Assembly (NCBI RefSeq): GCF_018350175.1
Contig: NC_058369.1
Span: forward strand, 15,564,001 to 15,628,000
Reading direction: 5' to 3'
Length of the DNA: 64,000 bases
Source of the DNA: Felis catus
Lineage: Eukaryota
Shown: positions 35,497-49,600 of the stretch, one piece after another
Numbering within the stretch: the first letter of the stretch is position 1
Layout: each line of letters opens with the position of its first letter
Translations under genes and position numbers: made by a program
Notes under the pieces: model-generated
The model's database searches: none
What the model saw: only the letters and a program-made list of their open reading frames with translations
What the model was told of the DNA's origin: nothing

Positions 35497-36366
35497 TAAA
35501 GGTCACTTTGGACGCAAATGTTCCTACGTGTGTGACACATTACGGAGCCCTGGTCCTCCGGGTGTGGCCCGGGTGGGGCGTTGGGAGGTTTACATGCTCA
35601 CAGGCTGTTCGAATGGGAGGCGAGGTGTGGAACCACAGAATAAAGGAATGATTTAGGACAACATTCGTCTCCAGGGTCCTGAGGATACTTGGCATTTGGG
35701 GCTGAGACACCCTGCTGATGACGGACCCCAGGAGGGGCGGCCCGTGTTGTAAGACCGTGACCATGACTGGGGCCCGAGGGGGACCCGCTCCGCAAGGATT
35801 CAGGAACGGAGGGCTGTGTGTTTGCCACTGAGTGTACCTACTCTTCAAGCCTTGACATCTACAGTTTTTCAACGCTAGACCCTCTGCTGAGAAGTCCGAA
35901 GGCTGAGTACTTGTGCTTGATAAATGCTGGTGCATTTTGAAGGCTAGTGATGACCTCCTCGTAAGTGGCCATCAGGTGCAACGGGGAAGCAGTGACAAGA
36001 CGGCTTGTAAAAGGAGAAGACCTTTCTGGTGCCTATTTTTGTTATCTGGGCATTTATAAATACACGAAAAAGAAGTCGAAACAAAACAAAACACTCCAGC
36101 CAACGTCCCAGGGGAGTGTTTCAGTGTCTTCGAAGATGTCTGTACAAATCTTACCCAAAGAAACTCGTGAATTCTGTATGTCGGTGAAGCACAGAAGGTT
36201 TGGGGGGGGCCCCTCCCCCCTCAGGAATAACCTTGACCTGCCGATTGCCGTGAAAAAAGACAGGAGACCCTAGCCTGGTAGACTAATGCTGAATCATAAA
36301 TACAGTGCCTTCGGTTACAAGATGCTCTGTTTGAGTTACATATACGCTTTAGAAAACTTCCGTACA

Positions 36367-36585
36367 GGGGCGCCTGGGTGGCTCAGTCGGTTAAGCATCT
36401 GACTCTTGGTTGTGGCTCAGGTCATAATCCCATGGTTCCGAGGGTTCGGGCCCCACATCGGTCTCTGCGCTGACAGTGTGCAGCCTGCTTGGGATTCTTT
36501 CTCTCCCTCTCTCTCTGCCCCTCCCCTGCTCATGTTCTCTCTCTCTCTTTCTCTCTCTCTCAAAATAGATGGATAAACTTTAAGA
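36367..36585 (+). mobile_element. Can-SINE in the putative SLC6A20 3' UTR (antisense)
   Basis: Full forward copy. Confidence 0.9.
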
Positions 36586-37457
36586 AATGTACAAATATTT
36601 TAAAATCGATTGTAAGTGATGCTCGTGGTCTTTGCTATAAAGAGTTGGCCACCGTGTCCAGGTATGACGTCATCTGTGGGAACGTTAGATTTACTTTCAC
36701 CCTCAAAGCGGCTCTGGCACCTTTCCTAACGCGTAAGGCACTGGGGCAGGGGCCGGCTGCACGGACTGCTCACGGGACCACGCCCGGGGCTTTGGGGTCG
36801 CATCCTGTGGTTGGGGTGACGGGTCGTCGACCCGCTGTGAGAGACCTCAGATCACAGGAGCGACCCCAAACAAAGGCCTCCCTTCTTCGTGGCCAGCCAG
36901 TCCTCTTAGTGAGAAACACAGTCCTGGCGTATTCAGTATGACTGAAAACAGAGAACTGATTTTGCACCAGTGACATTCAGATGGCTCATCTCAGGGCGCT
37001 TAAAAAACCTCTCTTCACACTGATCTAAAAGCACCTGCCCTCTGTTATGTTGGGATTTCTTCAGGGGGAAAAAAATTGCTTAAATTTTATCCCATAAAAA
37101 TTATAGTCGAATTTCAGCCCACGGTGTGCCCGGATTCTGGGGCTTCCCTAGAATCGAGAAAGCAATGGTCTTCAAGACTGGCCTTGAAAAGCCCGTGTCT
37201 TTGGCGGAAAGGAGCCAGCTCGGTGCGACCTTGGGGGCAGGCAGAGGGGAACAGGGGCCGCTCCGTGGATGGGCATGGGTCCTCCCGAGGGAGCCTTCTT
37301 CCTCCACACCCTCCTAATTCTTCTTGATGGGCTCAGGAAGATGACGGGTTGAGTATTTCTGGAGTAAATATGCTTAAAGGCAGCCAAGGAGATTCCGCCT
37401 ACAAATACAGCCGCAGAACAGTGAGCGGCCGACCAGAGTCTCTGGGAAGCCGAGTCC

Positions 37458-37607
37458 TCAGGCCACAGGAGGCGTGTCTCCCCTCTTGAGGCAGCGCACG
37501 ATGAAGGTCCCCAGGGCCACCAGGGGGATACACATGGTGGAAGAGGCCACGAGCAGGCCGATGATGGCCAGTGCGTAGAGGGGGTAATCCTTGGTCACAA
37601 GCTGACC
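37458..37607 (-). CDS. SLC6A20: SLC6A20 exon 11 coding part [49 protein letters not shown]
   Basis: tttcag acceptor; TGA at 37460-37458. Confidence 0.96.
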   Translation of the reverse strand, partial: GQLVTKDYPLYALAIIGLLVASSTMCIPLVALGTFIVRCLKRGDTPPVA

Positions 37608-40600
37608 CTGAAAGGAGAAACCAAGAGTCAGCGGGAAGAGCCACCACAGGCAGAGCCCCGCTTGGCGGAGAGCATCTGGGGCTGGGCATCCTTACATCTG
37701 GGGCCACCTAAATGGAGGGGGCTTAACCTCAGCCCCGTGCTGCCCAACAGGACCTCGTATGATGTTAGAAAGCTCCATCTGGGTGCTGTCCGACATGGTA
37801 GCTAACAGACACAGGTGGCTACTGAGCCCTTGAAATGTGGCCAGTGGGCGTGAAGCACGGAACTTTACATTGTGCTGAATATTCACGAATTGAAATATTA
37901 ATCACCGCATGTGGTGGTTGGCCGCCATCTTGAACGGCACAGCCCTAGTCTTGGGAGGAGGCTTGGCGGACGTCTGGATTGAGTTGGGGGATGCTTCCCT
38001 GAATGCAGATGCATTAAAGCTGATGAGAAAGGAGGCCAAAAAGCCAATAAATGCCACCTTTCCACGAGGGGGCCGCAGAACAGCTACGGCCGAGGGATCA
38101 CAGGCCAACCGCGCGTGGCTTGTCAACCAAAACGCGCTCGGAGTGTGGTGTGGGAACCAGCCCACAGACTTCCTGTTACTCGTCCTATGACTTGTTGTAG
38201 CTGTTGTTGTTCTGTACTGACCGGTACAGAAACCGGGGGAAGCCTTTAGAAGCTGTTTTAGCAATGTGACAGCTTCGTCTCGTATCTGTTGATACAAGAA
38301 ATAATGGAGGCTTGTAGTCCCTACGTGGTTTTCTGTGTACCTTCTGCCTTTTCAAGGGATTCACTGCTACTGCTTTTGACAAAAGCGTCAGTCTGCTCTG
38401 GGTTGGAGAAGACACCCCGGTCCTTCTCCTGCCGGGAGGCAGGTGCGGGGGCACCTCGCAGCCGCCATCAGTCACCTGCTCACTTGGAGCAGCGTCCTTC
38501 ACGGCCACCATGCACGCTGAGTGCTAAGGGACAGCGTCTTCTACCCATAGGAAAGCAAATGCCAACTGGCCTGCAGGATTACTTTCCTCCCAGCGTAAAT
38601 GTTCACTGTGAGAGTCTGCCTACACGTAAGGGCAGCCAAGGCTGGCCCTCAGGCCAAGTGCATTGACAAGGCCGCCCTGGTTGTCAAAATGCTGACACAC
38701 GGCGCTTCTGGTCGGTGAACGGCAGTTGCCTGTGGCCTGAGTGAGCCTGTTGCGTCCCAGCCACACACACACCCAGAGCCAGACCCTCCCGGGATGCGGT
38801 GATTTGAGTGCTAAGACGGGTCCTCTCGGGCACCTGCCGGGGCTCAGGGACCATGCCCCGGAGGCTGGCTCTGCCTTTCCCCAGGAGGCTAAGTGGACAG
38901 AGGTCGGAGGGCCTGAGGCTGAGGAGGAGGGTGGAGGGCGCAGCCCCGGGGGCAGGAACCAGCGCCTCTGCAGGGGGCTTTCTCCCAACCCCCGGGAAAG
39001 GCCCCCTGGGAAGTTCTAGAAGGAATCTTACTCTTTAAGGAGCGCACGTCGCAAAACTCAAAGCCCAGGTCTGCTCTCCTGGGCTGTTTTTAAATACCCG
39101 GGTGGTGTTTCCATGCCGCGACAAATAACCTGCCCACACCGCGGAAGCGGATCTTTGGTTTCAGGAAACTTAAAGCCGCTTCTGGAGAGTGAGCCCGGGG
39201 GCCCCGAGACAGGGGGTACCTGGGAAGCGTCCCAGGCTTGGTATTGCAGCGTCCCCGTGAGGATGTAGTCACTCAGGTAGAAAACAAAGAGGCTGATGAT
39301 GAGGAGTGGGCTCACGCCGGCCCACATGGCCTTCCAGTACCAGTTCAGGGTGCGGCCAGTCATGGCCTTGAGGTCACTTTCAAATCTATTTGGGAAACGG
39401 GGAGAAAGTCTGGATTACGCACGCCGTCGGGGCCGGGGGCGGGGGGGGGGGGGGGGGACGGGGCTCCAGCGTCCACATCCCTGTTTGTTTAGGAAGATTC
39501 TGTTCTGAGCGCCACTGAGCCTTGGGCACGACCCCTCCGGGGTGTCTGACCCCTCCTGGGCAGAGGGGGTGTGGGGTGGGGCAGGGGGAGGAGCCGAGGC
39601 CACCACAGAGCAGGGGAGCAGAGCAGTCCCCCCAGAGTCAGGTGCACGTCAGGAGATAATCTTCCCGGGGCCACCTCCAGATGAAGGCTGCCGGTGTGGA
39701 CCAGAGGGCAGTTCCCGGAGATAGCAGAAGCCAACAGCCTGGAGGGTCACTTATCAAGCCAGACCTCCACGCTCGGGGACCCCGAGGGGCAGCTCTGCCC
39801 CCACCCCTCCCATCCTGGTATCAGCGACTCTACTGCCCAGGAAAACGCTCCCAAGAGAGGAATCTCTTTTGTACTCTGGAGCCACAGCAGGTTCTGGGAC
39901 AGAGGGAGAGCCAAACCTGGGAATGTGGCACTCTGGCCAAGACCCGCCGGAGCGGGCGTAGAGAGAAGCCAGAGCAGTGCCCCCCAAAGGTGGCTGCTCT
40001 GGGATTTCGTAGTCTGCACACTACGTCTCCCCCCCCCCCTTTTAAAGAGCTAATCACGTTTCCTAACACAGACTCAAGTATGGAAAGTGTCTTCACTTTG
40101 GGAAATACTGACCCAGCCATCGTCACCCCCATTTAACGGCAGCAGGCACCGAGGCCCTGGCCGTGAGGTCACTTGCCCCAGGGCACCCGGGTAGCGGCAG
40201 ACCCAGGCCCAGACCCGGCTTGGCCTGCTGTCTCCCGTGCAGGGCCTTGAAACCGCACCCAAAGCAGAAGTGGCCCTGAAGAGGGGCGGGGGTGGGGTGG
40301 GGTGAGACGGTCACCAGCTGCAACCACAGCCACCTGCCGCACTGGGGCCTGGGGCTTGTCCTGAGCTCCCACCTGACATGGCGCTGTTGCTAGATGTTCA
40401 CTAGATGGCGCTGTCTCCCTCCCCGGTCACTCCCGGATCCTGCCACTTCCACACTCTATGGGAGACGCCTTTTTGGTTCTCCCTCCCTCCAGCCTCACCA
40501 CTTAGCACCACCCCTTTGCATGGACTTGTGCCCTTTCTCCAGCACCTCCAGTGGGCCCTGGGTTCTGTTCCTCTTTCCTCCGCCTTCTCCGTTCCTGGGA

Positions 40601-43600
40601 AACACCTACCCTCTTAGGTGACCCATCTGTTTCTCCCTCTAGACTGGCATTTCCCGGGGGACCAACTTGTCCCAGTGTTCCCAGGACTTCCCCAGTGTTA
40701 GCACTGGACAGCCCGCACCCTGGGAAAGCCCTCGGTCCTGGGAAAGTAGAGTGGGTCACTCTAGCTCGAATGTCCCCAGTAGGTAGCAAATGGGAGGTAG
40801 GCTGAAAAAAGGCTTCCTTGACCAAAACGGTTTTGGCAAGGCTACCATTTATACCCCGTCTTTGAGATTCCCAATCGTCTTCATGGCTCCAGGAAGTCCT
40901 AGAGGAAAGAAATTCTGACTCTGTTTAACTTATGTCTTGCAAGTTATTTGATCATGGACATCCTTCAGCATGGCACGGGACCCCAGTGCTTCTGGGGACA
41001 CAGTGGGAAACGTGGCTCAAAGGGGTCTGGTTTCTAGAATGTCATGGCTGGTGCTGCTCCCTACCCCCACCCCCCTCCAAACCAACGTGGAGGGTGGGAA
41101 AAGACTGAGGGTGGGGGGGCACAACTTGGCTCACCTGTCTGATCGGCTCATATCTGAGCAGTGCTTCCCAAATGCTCATGTGGACCCCTCCCGTGTGAAC
41201 GTGTAGGATCTGACTCACCGGGCCTGGGAGGGCCCGAGGTCCCGCATGTACGATGAGGCTCCCCCCTGGGCCCACGCGGAGGAGCAAGTCTCTCTAAACC
41301 AGTGGCCTCAGCCCGGTGGCACAGCCCGTCACCCAGGGGGGGGATCTACAACATTCCAGTGCCCGGCCGTGCTCCGGGATCGAGAGCCTGACATCCTGAA
41401 TCGGCCACGTTTTTTTTGGTTTTAAGTTATCAACTGGACTTTGGTCAGCGTGCCCGAAAAATACTGATGTTCACCGAGGGTCAGAGTATGTGGTGCCTGG
41501 AGGTAAGGGATCCCTGCCCCCCTAAGCCGCTGGGGCCCGGCACGATCAGCAGGCGAACGTCCTATAATAAAAAGTAAAACCACGGGAAATGGGGAGAGGA
41601 GGTGTGGGCGGGAGCGAGGCCGAGGATGAGCTGAGAGATGAGGGCAGAGGGAAAAGCCATGCCAAGTGGAAAGGGGAAGGCCAAGTGCACGTGGGAAGGG
41701 GCTGCTTTCCCGGTGGGGCGTGGCCTTCGGGGCATCCCCACCCCCTGCAGGCGTTGGGGGCGGGGCCTCCTCACCGCCTCAGCCCGAACACGTAACACAC
41801 GGCGACGATCTCCACCAGGACTATGAGCAGCAGGGGCAGCGTGGCAGCGTAGTCGTTGAATATGTCGAACCAGTAGTTGCCGGCCTCCATGGTGAACACC
41901 AAGCCGATGACGCAGTTGACGAGGCACACCAGACCTGGGGCCACGAGACCGCACGCTCACCTGCCTGCCACGCCCCGCCCCCCCATCCAGTTTCCTGGGT
42001 GGCCGCAGAGCCGCCGACCCCGAGGGGACTCTGCCGGGGACCGGCCTCTCTGCGTGTCTGCCACGGGCGTGTGTGTTCCGGGAGGGGTGGGGGACAGCAA
42101 AGGTGTCCCGGGGAATGTGTGTCAGATGTCACTGATGTTAATTCTCGGCGCTGTCCTGCAGGGGGGCCCTCAAACTCGAGGGGGAAAGAAAGTTGTGGGC
42201 ACGGCTATCTGCGGGGGGGGGGGGGGGGGGGCACCCAGCCTGTGGGTCTGGTGATTCTGTTTATCCCAACTCAGCCCCTGAGCTCCCGGGAGGTGAGTCG
42301 GGGCAGAGGGTTTGCCCTGCAGGGCATCCCGAGGACTCCCGTGTGGCGGGAAGAGGGAGGAGGGAGAGGAGGGGCAGATGGGAATGTTTACCCAGCTCCC
42401 ACTACGTGCACCCCAGGCACCTGTCAGGCATTGGATCCAAAAGCCTCAGGAGCCCCCTTGACAGATGGGGAAGCCAAGGGCTCAGAGATACGGAGTAAAT
42501 TTCCCAACATCCCACGGCAGGTCAGCGACGGAGTCTGGGCTCAGACACTGGCCCTTCTGCCTCCAGAACCCGGGACTTTGTCCCGGTCTCCTTTGGCTGA
42601 CTCCCTCGGGCACTCCACAGAGTATCTGACTCGCAAGTTCCCACCTCCCACCTGCCCGTCCCGCCATCATACCAAGTGCCGTCACTCACCAAGCCCCAGT
42701 GCCATCTTGAGGGGACACACAAGGCCAAGGGGCTACGTGCTGGCCGGGAGCTAACGGCACACAGGATGCTGCTACAGAGACCAGGTGCAAGGGGAGATGC
42801 TAAGTGCTAGAAGGTTCCGACGAAGGGTGGGCAGCTCCGCCCAGGCGGTCAGGGCTTTAAGGCGATGGGGTGGGAGCTGGATTGGATTTGGGCTGGGAGA
42901 GGGGATGTCCCGGATGCGGTGGGATGGCGCCATCGGGGGTAGGGTGGGGGCCTAGGCGGTAGGGGGGAGGGGGGGCGGCCACGTACTGACGGGAAGGGGT
43001 GGGCAGGGGCTCTCGGGGCAGGGGCGGGGGCTGGAAATGCTCTGTGTCTCGACCTAGGCGGTGGTTACTTGAGCGGGAACGTGTGAAAATGATTGAGTTT
43101 GTGTTTAAGAAATGTACACGTTTGTTAACACGGCAGTGGGAACAGCGCCAGGTCGGTGAGTCCGGCCTTTCCCGGCACTGGGGCGGCCACTGCGCTGCCT
43201 GGTGAGGGAGAACCAGATGCGTGGGTGAGACGCACACGTGCCAGGTCCCCACTGCCCGAGAGGCGGCGAGAGCCACGGCAGGACCGCTAGGAGGTCGCCA
43301 CCCCCACCAGCACATGGCCCCGCGGCAGCTTGTCCGTCTGCTCGCGCCCCACGCCCCGCCCTCCCCGACCCCCATGTCCTCCTCGGATTGGCCCACTCAC
43401 CGGAGATGGCCTCCTTGGGCAGGTGGCTGGAGATGACCTTGCTGTCGGTCAGGGGCGTGAGGATGGCCGCCGTGTTCCCCAGCATGCTCCCGATGCCCAG
43501 CATCAACAACATGAAGAAATAGAGGACCGACCACAGCTGGGATGCCGCCATGTTCTTAATGGCCTCGGTGTAGACGATGAAGGACAGGCCAGTGCCCTGG

Positions 43601-46600
43601 ACCGCCTGCCCGTGTGAGAAGACACCAGTTAGACACCCCAGCGGACTTACGGCTCCTTGAGCCCGCCCAGTGCTAAGCATCCTGGGGGGCCCTGGGGACT
43701 GGTCACGAGAAGCCACATGCCGAGGCTGGGTTTTCCGTCTGCAGACCAGCCCCTCGGGCTTAGCTGGGCTGGATAGAAACGTGAGTCGTCGGGAGTCCGT
43801 ATTTGCAAAGCGCGAGGAGCACTGGGTTCCCGCACGTCTGTTCGGGATGAAATACAACAAAGATCATTTCTGCTCCCGGTATCATGACTGACTAGGTGCT
43901 CCGAGGCCTCGGTGGCTCGGAGCTGAGGTGGGAGGGGGGAGCCAGAGCAAGAGGAGCCCGTAAGGTGGGGAGCTGGCCTGGCCAGCAGGCAACCCGGAGG
44001 GCAGTTGTCCCGTGGCCAGATCCCCGCCGCGACAACACCGTGGTGGGGATACTGAACCGCGGAGACAGAACCTAGAGCTCCCTGCTTAAAGACAAACCTC
44101 AGAAGGGGTCGAAAGAGGTCATGCATGAGCTGGGGGTGCCCCCTGGCTACCGGCAGCAGAAGCAAACCCTCTCTGGGGGACAGCTCCCCCGATTTAGACC
44201 CGCAGGACCACCAGAGATGATCAAGCGGCGAGCTTGCAGACGGATTTGTAAACCCACGAGAAGACAAGCCACCATAAGCAAAGAGTCAGCGGGACTAAGG
44301 TCTAGAACACTCTTCCCCAAGAATGGCAGACGCTGGGGCAGCAGATTCAGAACATAGGTCAGCTCCATGGCAAACCAGTGAGCACAGTGGGATTCGCCAG
44401 CGCTGGGTGCAGACGAGAGGGGGTGATCGCTCGTAGGGAATTTACAAACAGTAACGAAATTACTCAGGTTGGCTTTTTATCATTACTATGAGCCAACACA
44501 TTCGCAACAGTGATCAAACATTCCTCCCTTGAGGACAGACTGCCTTCCACTCTCCTGTCCAAGGCCACCAGTGGATCAGCTATGTATGACGTGTTTTTCT
44601 CGGCGAGAGACAGAGAAAGAGCAGGGAGTGAGAGAGAATCCCCAGCAGGCTCCACGCTGTTCGTGCGGGGCCCGCCCTAGGGCCCCGTCCCACAAATCTT
44701 GAGATCGTGACCTGAGCCGAAATCAAGAGTTGGGCGCTCAACTGACTGACCCACCCGGGCACCCCTATGCATGACATTTTTAAGAAACAAGATAAAATGA
44801 CCAAGATAAATGTATGACAAGAAACCATTGGAATGAAAAGCAAATTTGAGAGTAAATAGCGTCTAAAAACATACTGGATGAAAAGACCACTGACAGCTCA
44901 GGACTGCTTGCACCTGAAAATTAGTGGACTTGGAAATATATCCCAGGGAGGAATCCATAATGAAGGAAAAAAAAAAAAAGATAAGAAGGTGGGAAACCAT
45001 CAAAGAGTGGCCTTGCAGGGTGGGATGAGAAGGTCCAGCTGGAATTCGGAACGGGGAAGACAGGCGGAAGTCAAGGCGATGATTACGAGGACATAGGTAT
45101 GAATGTTCCAGAACTGGTAAGATACACGGGTCCGTGGATCCAGGAAGCCCAAGGTCACCCAAGCCCACCCACGCTGGATAAATAAAAATGCATCCACGCT
45201 TGGATTGCGGACGCCAGAGTCCCAGAGAAGATGACAGGGAAATTGGAGGGAAGCCGGGTCCTTTGAAGAAGGACTTTCGAAGAGCAATGGCGGAAGCCAG
45301 AACCACAAGGCAAAGATCTCCAATGTGTCAAGGGAAAAGAGCTGTACACCTGGAACTAATATGACACTGTATGTTAATTAGACTGAGATTAAAATTAAAA
45401 GCAAAAAAAAAAAGTTTATTTATGTATTTTGACAGCGAGACAGAGAGAGTGAGCATGAGCGGGGAGGGGCAGAGAGGGAGGGAGACGCCAAATCCCAAGC
45501 AGGCTCCAGGCTCTGAACTGTCAGCACAGAGCCCAACATGGGGCTCGAACCCACGAATGGCGAGATCAGGACCTGAGCCAAAGTCAGATGCTTAACGACT
45601 GAGCCACCCAGGTGCCCCTAAAGGAAGGCATTTTAAGGGGCTGCTTGGAATTCTCTCTCTCCCTCTCTCCCTCTGCCCCTCCCCTGCTTGCTCTCTGTCT
45701 CTCAAACACGCATTTAAAAAAGTGTATTTTATTTATAAACAAATAAAATTAGGTGGACAAGGTGAAAGCGTTCTAAAAATCCTTGTTCTTTCTGTTTGGG
45801 TGGGAAGTCACGATATTGTTGAATTTCAGATTTTGTTAAGTTAAATACGCACAGGAAAAATTCGGAAGGAGAAATACACTGTGTCCCTTTCCAAACAGTA
45901 GAGAATAAAGTGGAACGAGGGGGAGAGACGAACAAGAACAAACACAATCGGGGGAGAAAAAGCCCCAGGTTGAATAAAGGAATAACCACGTAATTCTTGG
46001 ACGCTGAGCCAAGCTTAAAAGTAAGTCAGGAAAACCCCCAAGTGTCCAAAACAAAAAGGAAATTTGAAACGAGTTCACGGAACAGGAACCGAAGCCCACG
46101 GAACCGATCAAGGCCTTGAGGGCTGTGGCTTGAGGGCTGGGGCTGTGACACCCGCCCAGGAGGGGGTCAGGCCACAGGCCGGTGTGAGCAGGGACCCGGG
46201 AAAGACGAAGCGTGGCCCCACCCGTGAAATGACCTGATAAGCGAACGTGATGCCACCAAATGCAGGTGCGGTGGGGATTGGCCTTTGAAGCTCCTGAGCC
46301 GTGGAAAAGTAGCTCTGGGGGCCTCATGACGAGCTGTTTAAGCTCTTTAGCTACATCTTTGGTTGAGGAACCAGACATCGTGAGCCACGTCTTAAGAGAA
46401 GAATGCACATGATCCCGGCGTGAAGGCGATAGAAACCACTCTAGGCCCGGGATCCTCAAACAGGGCCCCCGTGGATGGACTTGGGGGGGGGGAGGAAAGT
46501 TAGTAACAAAGGCCTCTCGCTGGGTCAGAACCAGTAGGTCCTCGCCCCCACCCCGCCCCCCCGGGGGCAGTGGCTGCCGAATCGAACAGGCGGCATCTGG

Positions 46601-49600
46601 GAGGCAACGCACAGGTCTGACACCAAAGGCTGACCGGAGAATCTTCCTTGGCTTCTCTTGGAGGAGAGAATCGGGCCGAGATCCTGCCTTACCGTGGCCA
46701 GCTCTGATTCCAAGCTGCAGTTCCTAATTTGTGGGAGCACCTCGCTGTATTTGCCGGGGAAGGCCGAGGCTAGGTAGCCCTTCACCTGCTCCAGGTTGCT
46801 GGCTGTCAGAAAGCCATCTTCAAGGTCAAAGGAGTTGGTCAGCAGCAGAATCACCCTGCAGAGCGGAATGCCGGGTTGACCTTCACTGAGTAGAAAGGCC
46901 GCGGTCGCCAACCCCTCTCTCGGAAGCCGGGGTGCTGGGGTTCCCTCCCCTCGGATTGGGCAAGGTCTCTCCAACAAAGGGAATCTGTTGATGGGTGACC
47001 TTTTTTTTCTTTTTTAAAATTTTTTTGATGTTTTTAAAAAGTTTATTTAAAAAATTTTTTTTCAACGTTTATTTATTTTTGGGACAGAGAGAGACAGAGC
47101 ATGAACGGGGGGGGGGGGGGGCAGAAAGAGAGGGAGACACAGAATCGGAAACAGGCTCCAGGCTCCGAGCCATCAGCCCAGAGCCCGACGCGGGGCTCGA
47201 ACTCCCGGACCGCGAGATCGTGACCTGGCTGAAGTCGGACGCTTAACCGACTGCGCCACCCAGGCGCCCCTAAAAAGTTTATTTAGTTTTGAGAAGAAGA
47301 GAGCAAGCAAGCAGGGGAGGGGCAGAGAGGGAGAGAGAGAGAGAGACAGAGAATCCCAAGCAGGCTCGCGCTGTCAGCATAGAGCCTGACGCTGGGCTCC
47401 ATCCACAAACCGCGAGCCGAAATCAAGAGTCGGACCCCTGACCATGTCACCCAGACACCCCGGTTGGTGACCTTTTAAAGCCCGGGGTGACCTTGAATGG
47501 CTTTGAGGGAGCCTGAAAGAGGGCCAGAGATGAGAAACCAACCCACACAGCTAGGCCGCTTAAACCTCTGGGCCCGCATGGTCCGACAGAAATTTTGCAA
47601 CGATGGGACCGTTCCGCGTCTGTGCCGTCCCACGTGGCGGCTGAAGCCTTGAAGGCGGTCGGTGTGACGGAGAGACCGACTTAAATTCATTCACATTTCA
47701 GTGGAAACCGGTTTCGACAAAAGTGCAATGAACTATTGGATGTAACTAACATTAATTAAACCAGTCCACATTTAAATCTGTCGTCGGTGGCCCCTTGGGG
47801 CTAGTGACTGCCGTATGGGACAGCCTAGTCTGGATGATGTTTATTATACGTTGGATAAGGCGGGCGGGCGGGGGGGGGGGGCAGACAGGAGATTCTGTAA
47901 TGGCCCTGGCTCACCCAGAGGGCTCTGGGTTACTTCCAAGGTCAGGGAGACGGGGCAGAAGACACCGAGGTTTGGCTGTTCAGGGCCTCCCTGTGCTAAG
48001 AGCTTTGGACGTACGAAGCTGCCCTCAGCCCTCAGGCGGGGTGCCCGGGGTTGGGCCCCGGTGGAGAGCCGCAAAGCCGGTGTCCTCTGTCCCACGCCCC
48101 TTGACTTCCCCGTGCCACCTCTTCCCAGGCGGCTCTCAGAGCTTGGGGGACAGCGGGACGCACCCCCAACCCGAGGCCCCGGGGCTCACGGGGCGGCTTA
48201 CTTGTTCAAGCAGCTCTCGTAGTTGAAGGTGGCCTTGAAACCGTAGATGGAGAAGGTCACGACGCTGGCAAAGATGGAGGTCGAGCTGTTGATGAGGGAC
48301 ACGATGATGGCGTGCTTCTGGCAATCGGTGGAGGGCTGGTTGTAGCTGGCAAAGGCGATCAGGCTGCCGAAGCCCAGGCCGAGGGAGAAGAAGATCTGGG
48401 TGGCCGCGTTGATCCAGGCCTTGGGGTTGGCCAGCTGCTCCAACTGCAAAGCCGGCAGGGACGGGGCTGGGGGACCCGGCCGGGTGGCGCTCCCCCGCCC
48501 CGGAACCCACCGACCGGCAGAGGGCGGGAGGCCCGGGGAGGGGGAGTGATATGTAAAAGGAGCCCCTGATCCATGACCAGGCACCGTGCGGGCCCGCGCC
48601 CCCACGAGATGGAGGCGGTGTGGGCTGGGGCTGGAGCTCTAGGTCTGGGATGACGGTGGGGGGTCATTTGGAATGTGGGGGGCATTTGCGGGGGCGGGGG
48701 GGGGGCCACCACAGCCATCTTGTTTCCAGGCGCCAGATTTGCCAAATGAACTTGTCCCAAAGGCGATAGTGCCCCCCCCACCCTCTGGTGACTGATGAGC
48801 GTTGGCTGTGGGGCGTCGGGGAGCGGGGGGGGGGGCTAGGGAGGGATCACAGAAAACCCTGCGGGGTGTGGATTCACCTCTGTAAGGGAAGGGGTGCGGG
48901 CAGGTGTGCGGGAGGGAGAGAGGTGGCTGGGTGCTAAATCCGTAGACTGCCAGGAGGGTGTGGGGTGCAAGTGGGGGCCGGGAGGCCAGATGCGGGGCTG
49001 GGGTAGCAGTCACTCGGGGTGGGGGCGGGGGCGCTGAGGAGGAGGAGGGTGGGCGGACCAAAGACTCAGTGTCCCAGAATGAACAGGGCTTGGGGTCGGC
49101 CTGGCTGAGGAGGTGACCCAGTGCCCGTAGGTAATCCACACCGCCCCCACCCACCTCCCTGGGTCTTCCCCCTTTCCACCCATCCTGGAAGATCGAAGGT
49201 CCCCTTCCCCCCAGCCCGTACCTTGGGCGTGAACATGTACGCCAGGCCGTTGGTGGCTCCGTGGAGCGTGAGGCCCCTGACCAGGTAGATGATGAGCACA
49301 CAGTAGGGCAGCAGCGCGGTAAAATACACCACCTGCGGGCACCAGAGGGCAGAGTCACGTCCTGGAGACACGGTGCCGACAGTGCCCCTCTTGTCCCTGC
49401 GACAGACCTGAAGGCCTCACGAAGCACCACACTATCACACGTCCAGCTGGCAAGGCATCAGTGCAGGGGGGCTGGGTTTGAGTTTGGGCCGGCGGAGAAA
49501 GTGGGGAGGTGGGATGCATTTGCCCACCTCCGTAACCGCCGGGCAATCTGCTTCAGGAGAAACAGGAGACCTCTGCCTGCCACTCTCCCTTCAACTGGAC

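Larger units (their letters stand above)
34655..37457 (-). other. SLC6A20: Probable SLC6A20 3' UTR (~2.8 kb, two SINEs inside)
   Basis: From stop to first minus-strand AATAAA by manual scan. Confidence 0.55.

Noticed and set aside
36664..36673. Perfect ATGACGTCAT palindrome in the SLC6A20 3' UTR
   Set aside because: Isolated motif with no supporting cluster.
42213..42231. Long G/C homopolymers (also ~14815, ~39442, ~57020)
   Set aside because: Intronic; run lengths are error-prone in assemblies and no function is supportable from sequence alone.
41666..42754. 362-aa plus-strand ORF
   Set aside because: Antisense to SLC6A20 exon 9, runs through GC-rich intron, a poly-G run and a MIR; no recognisable domain.
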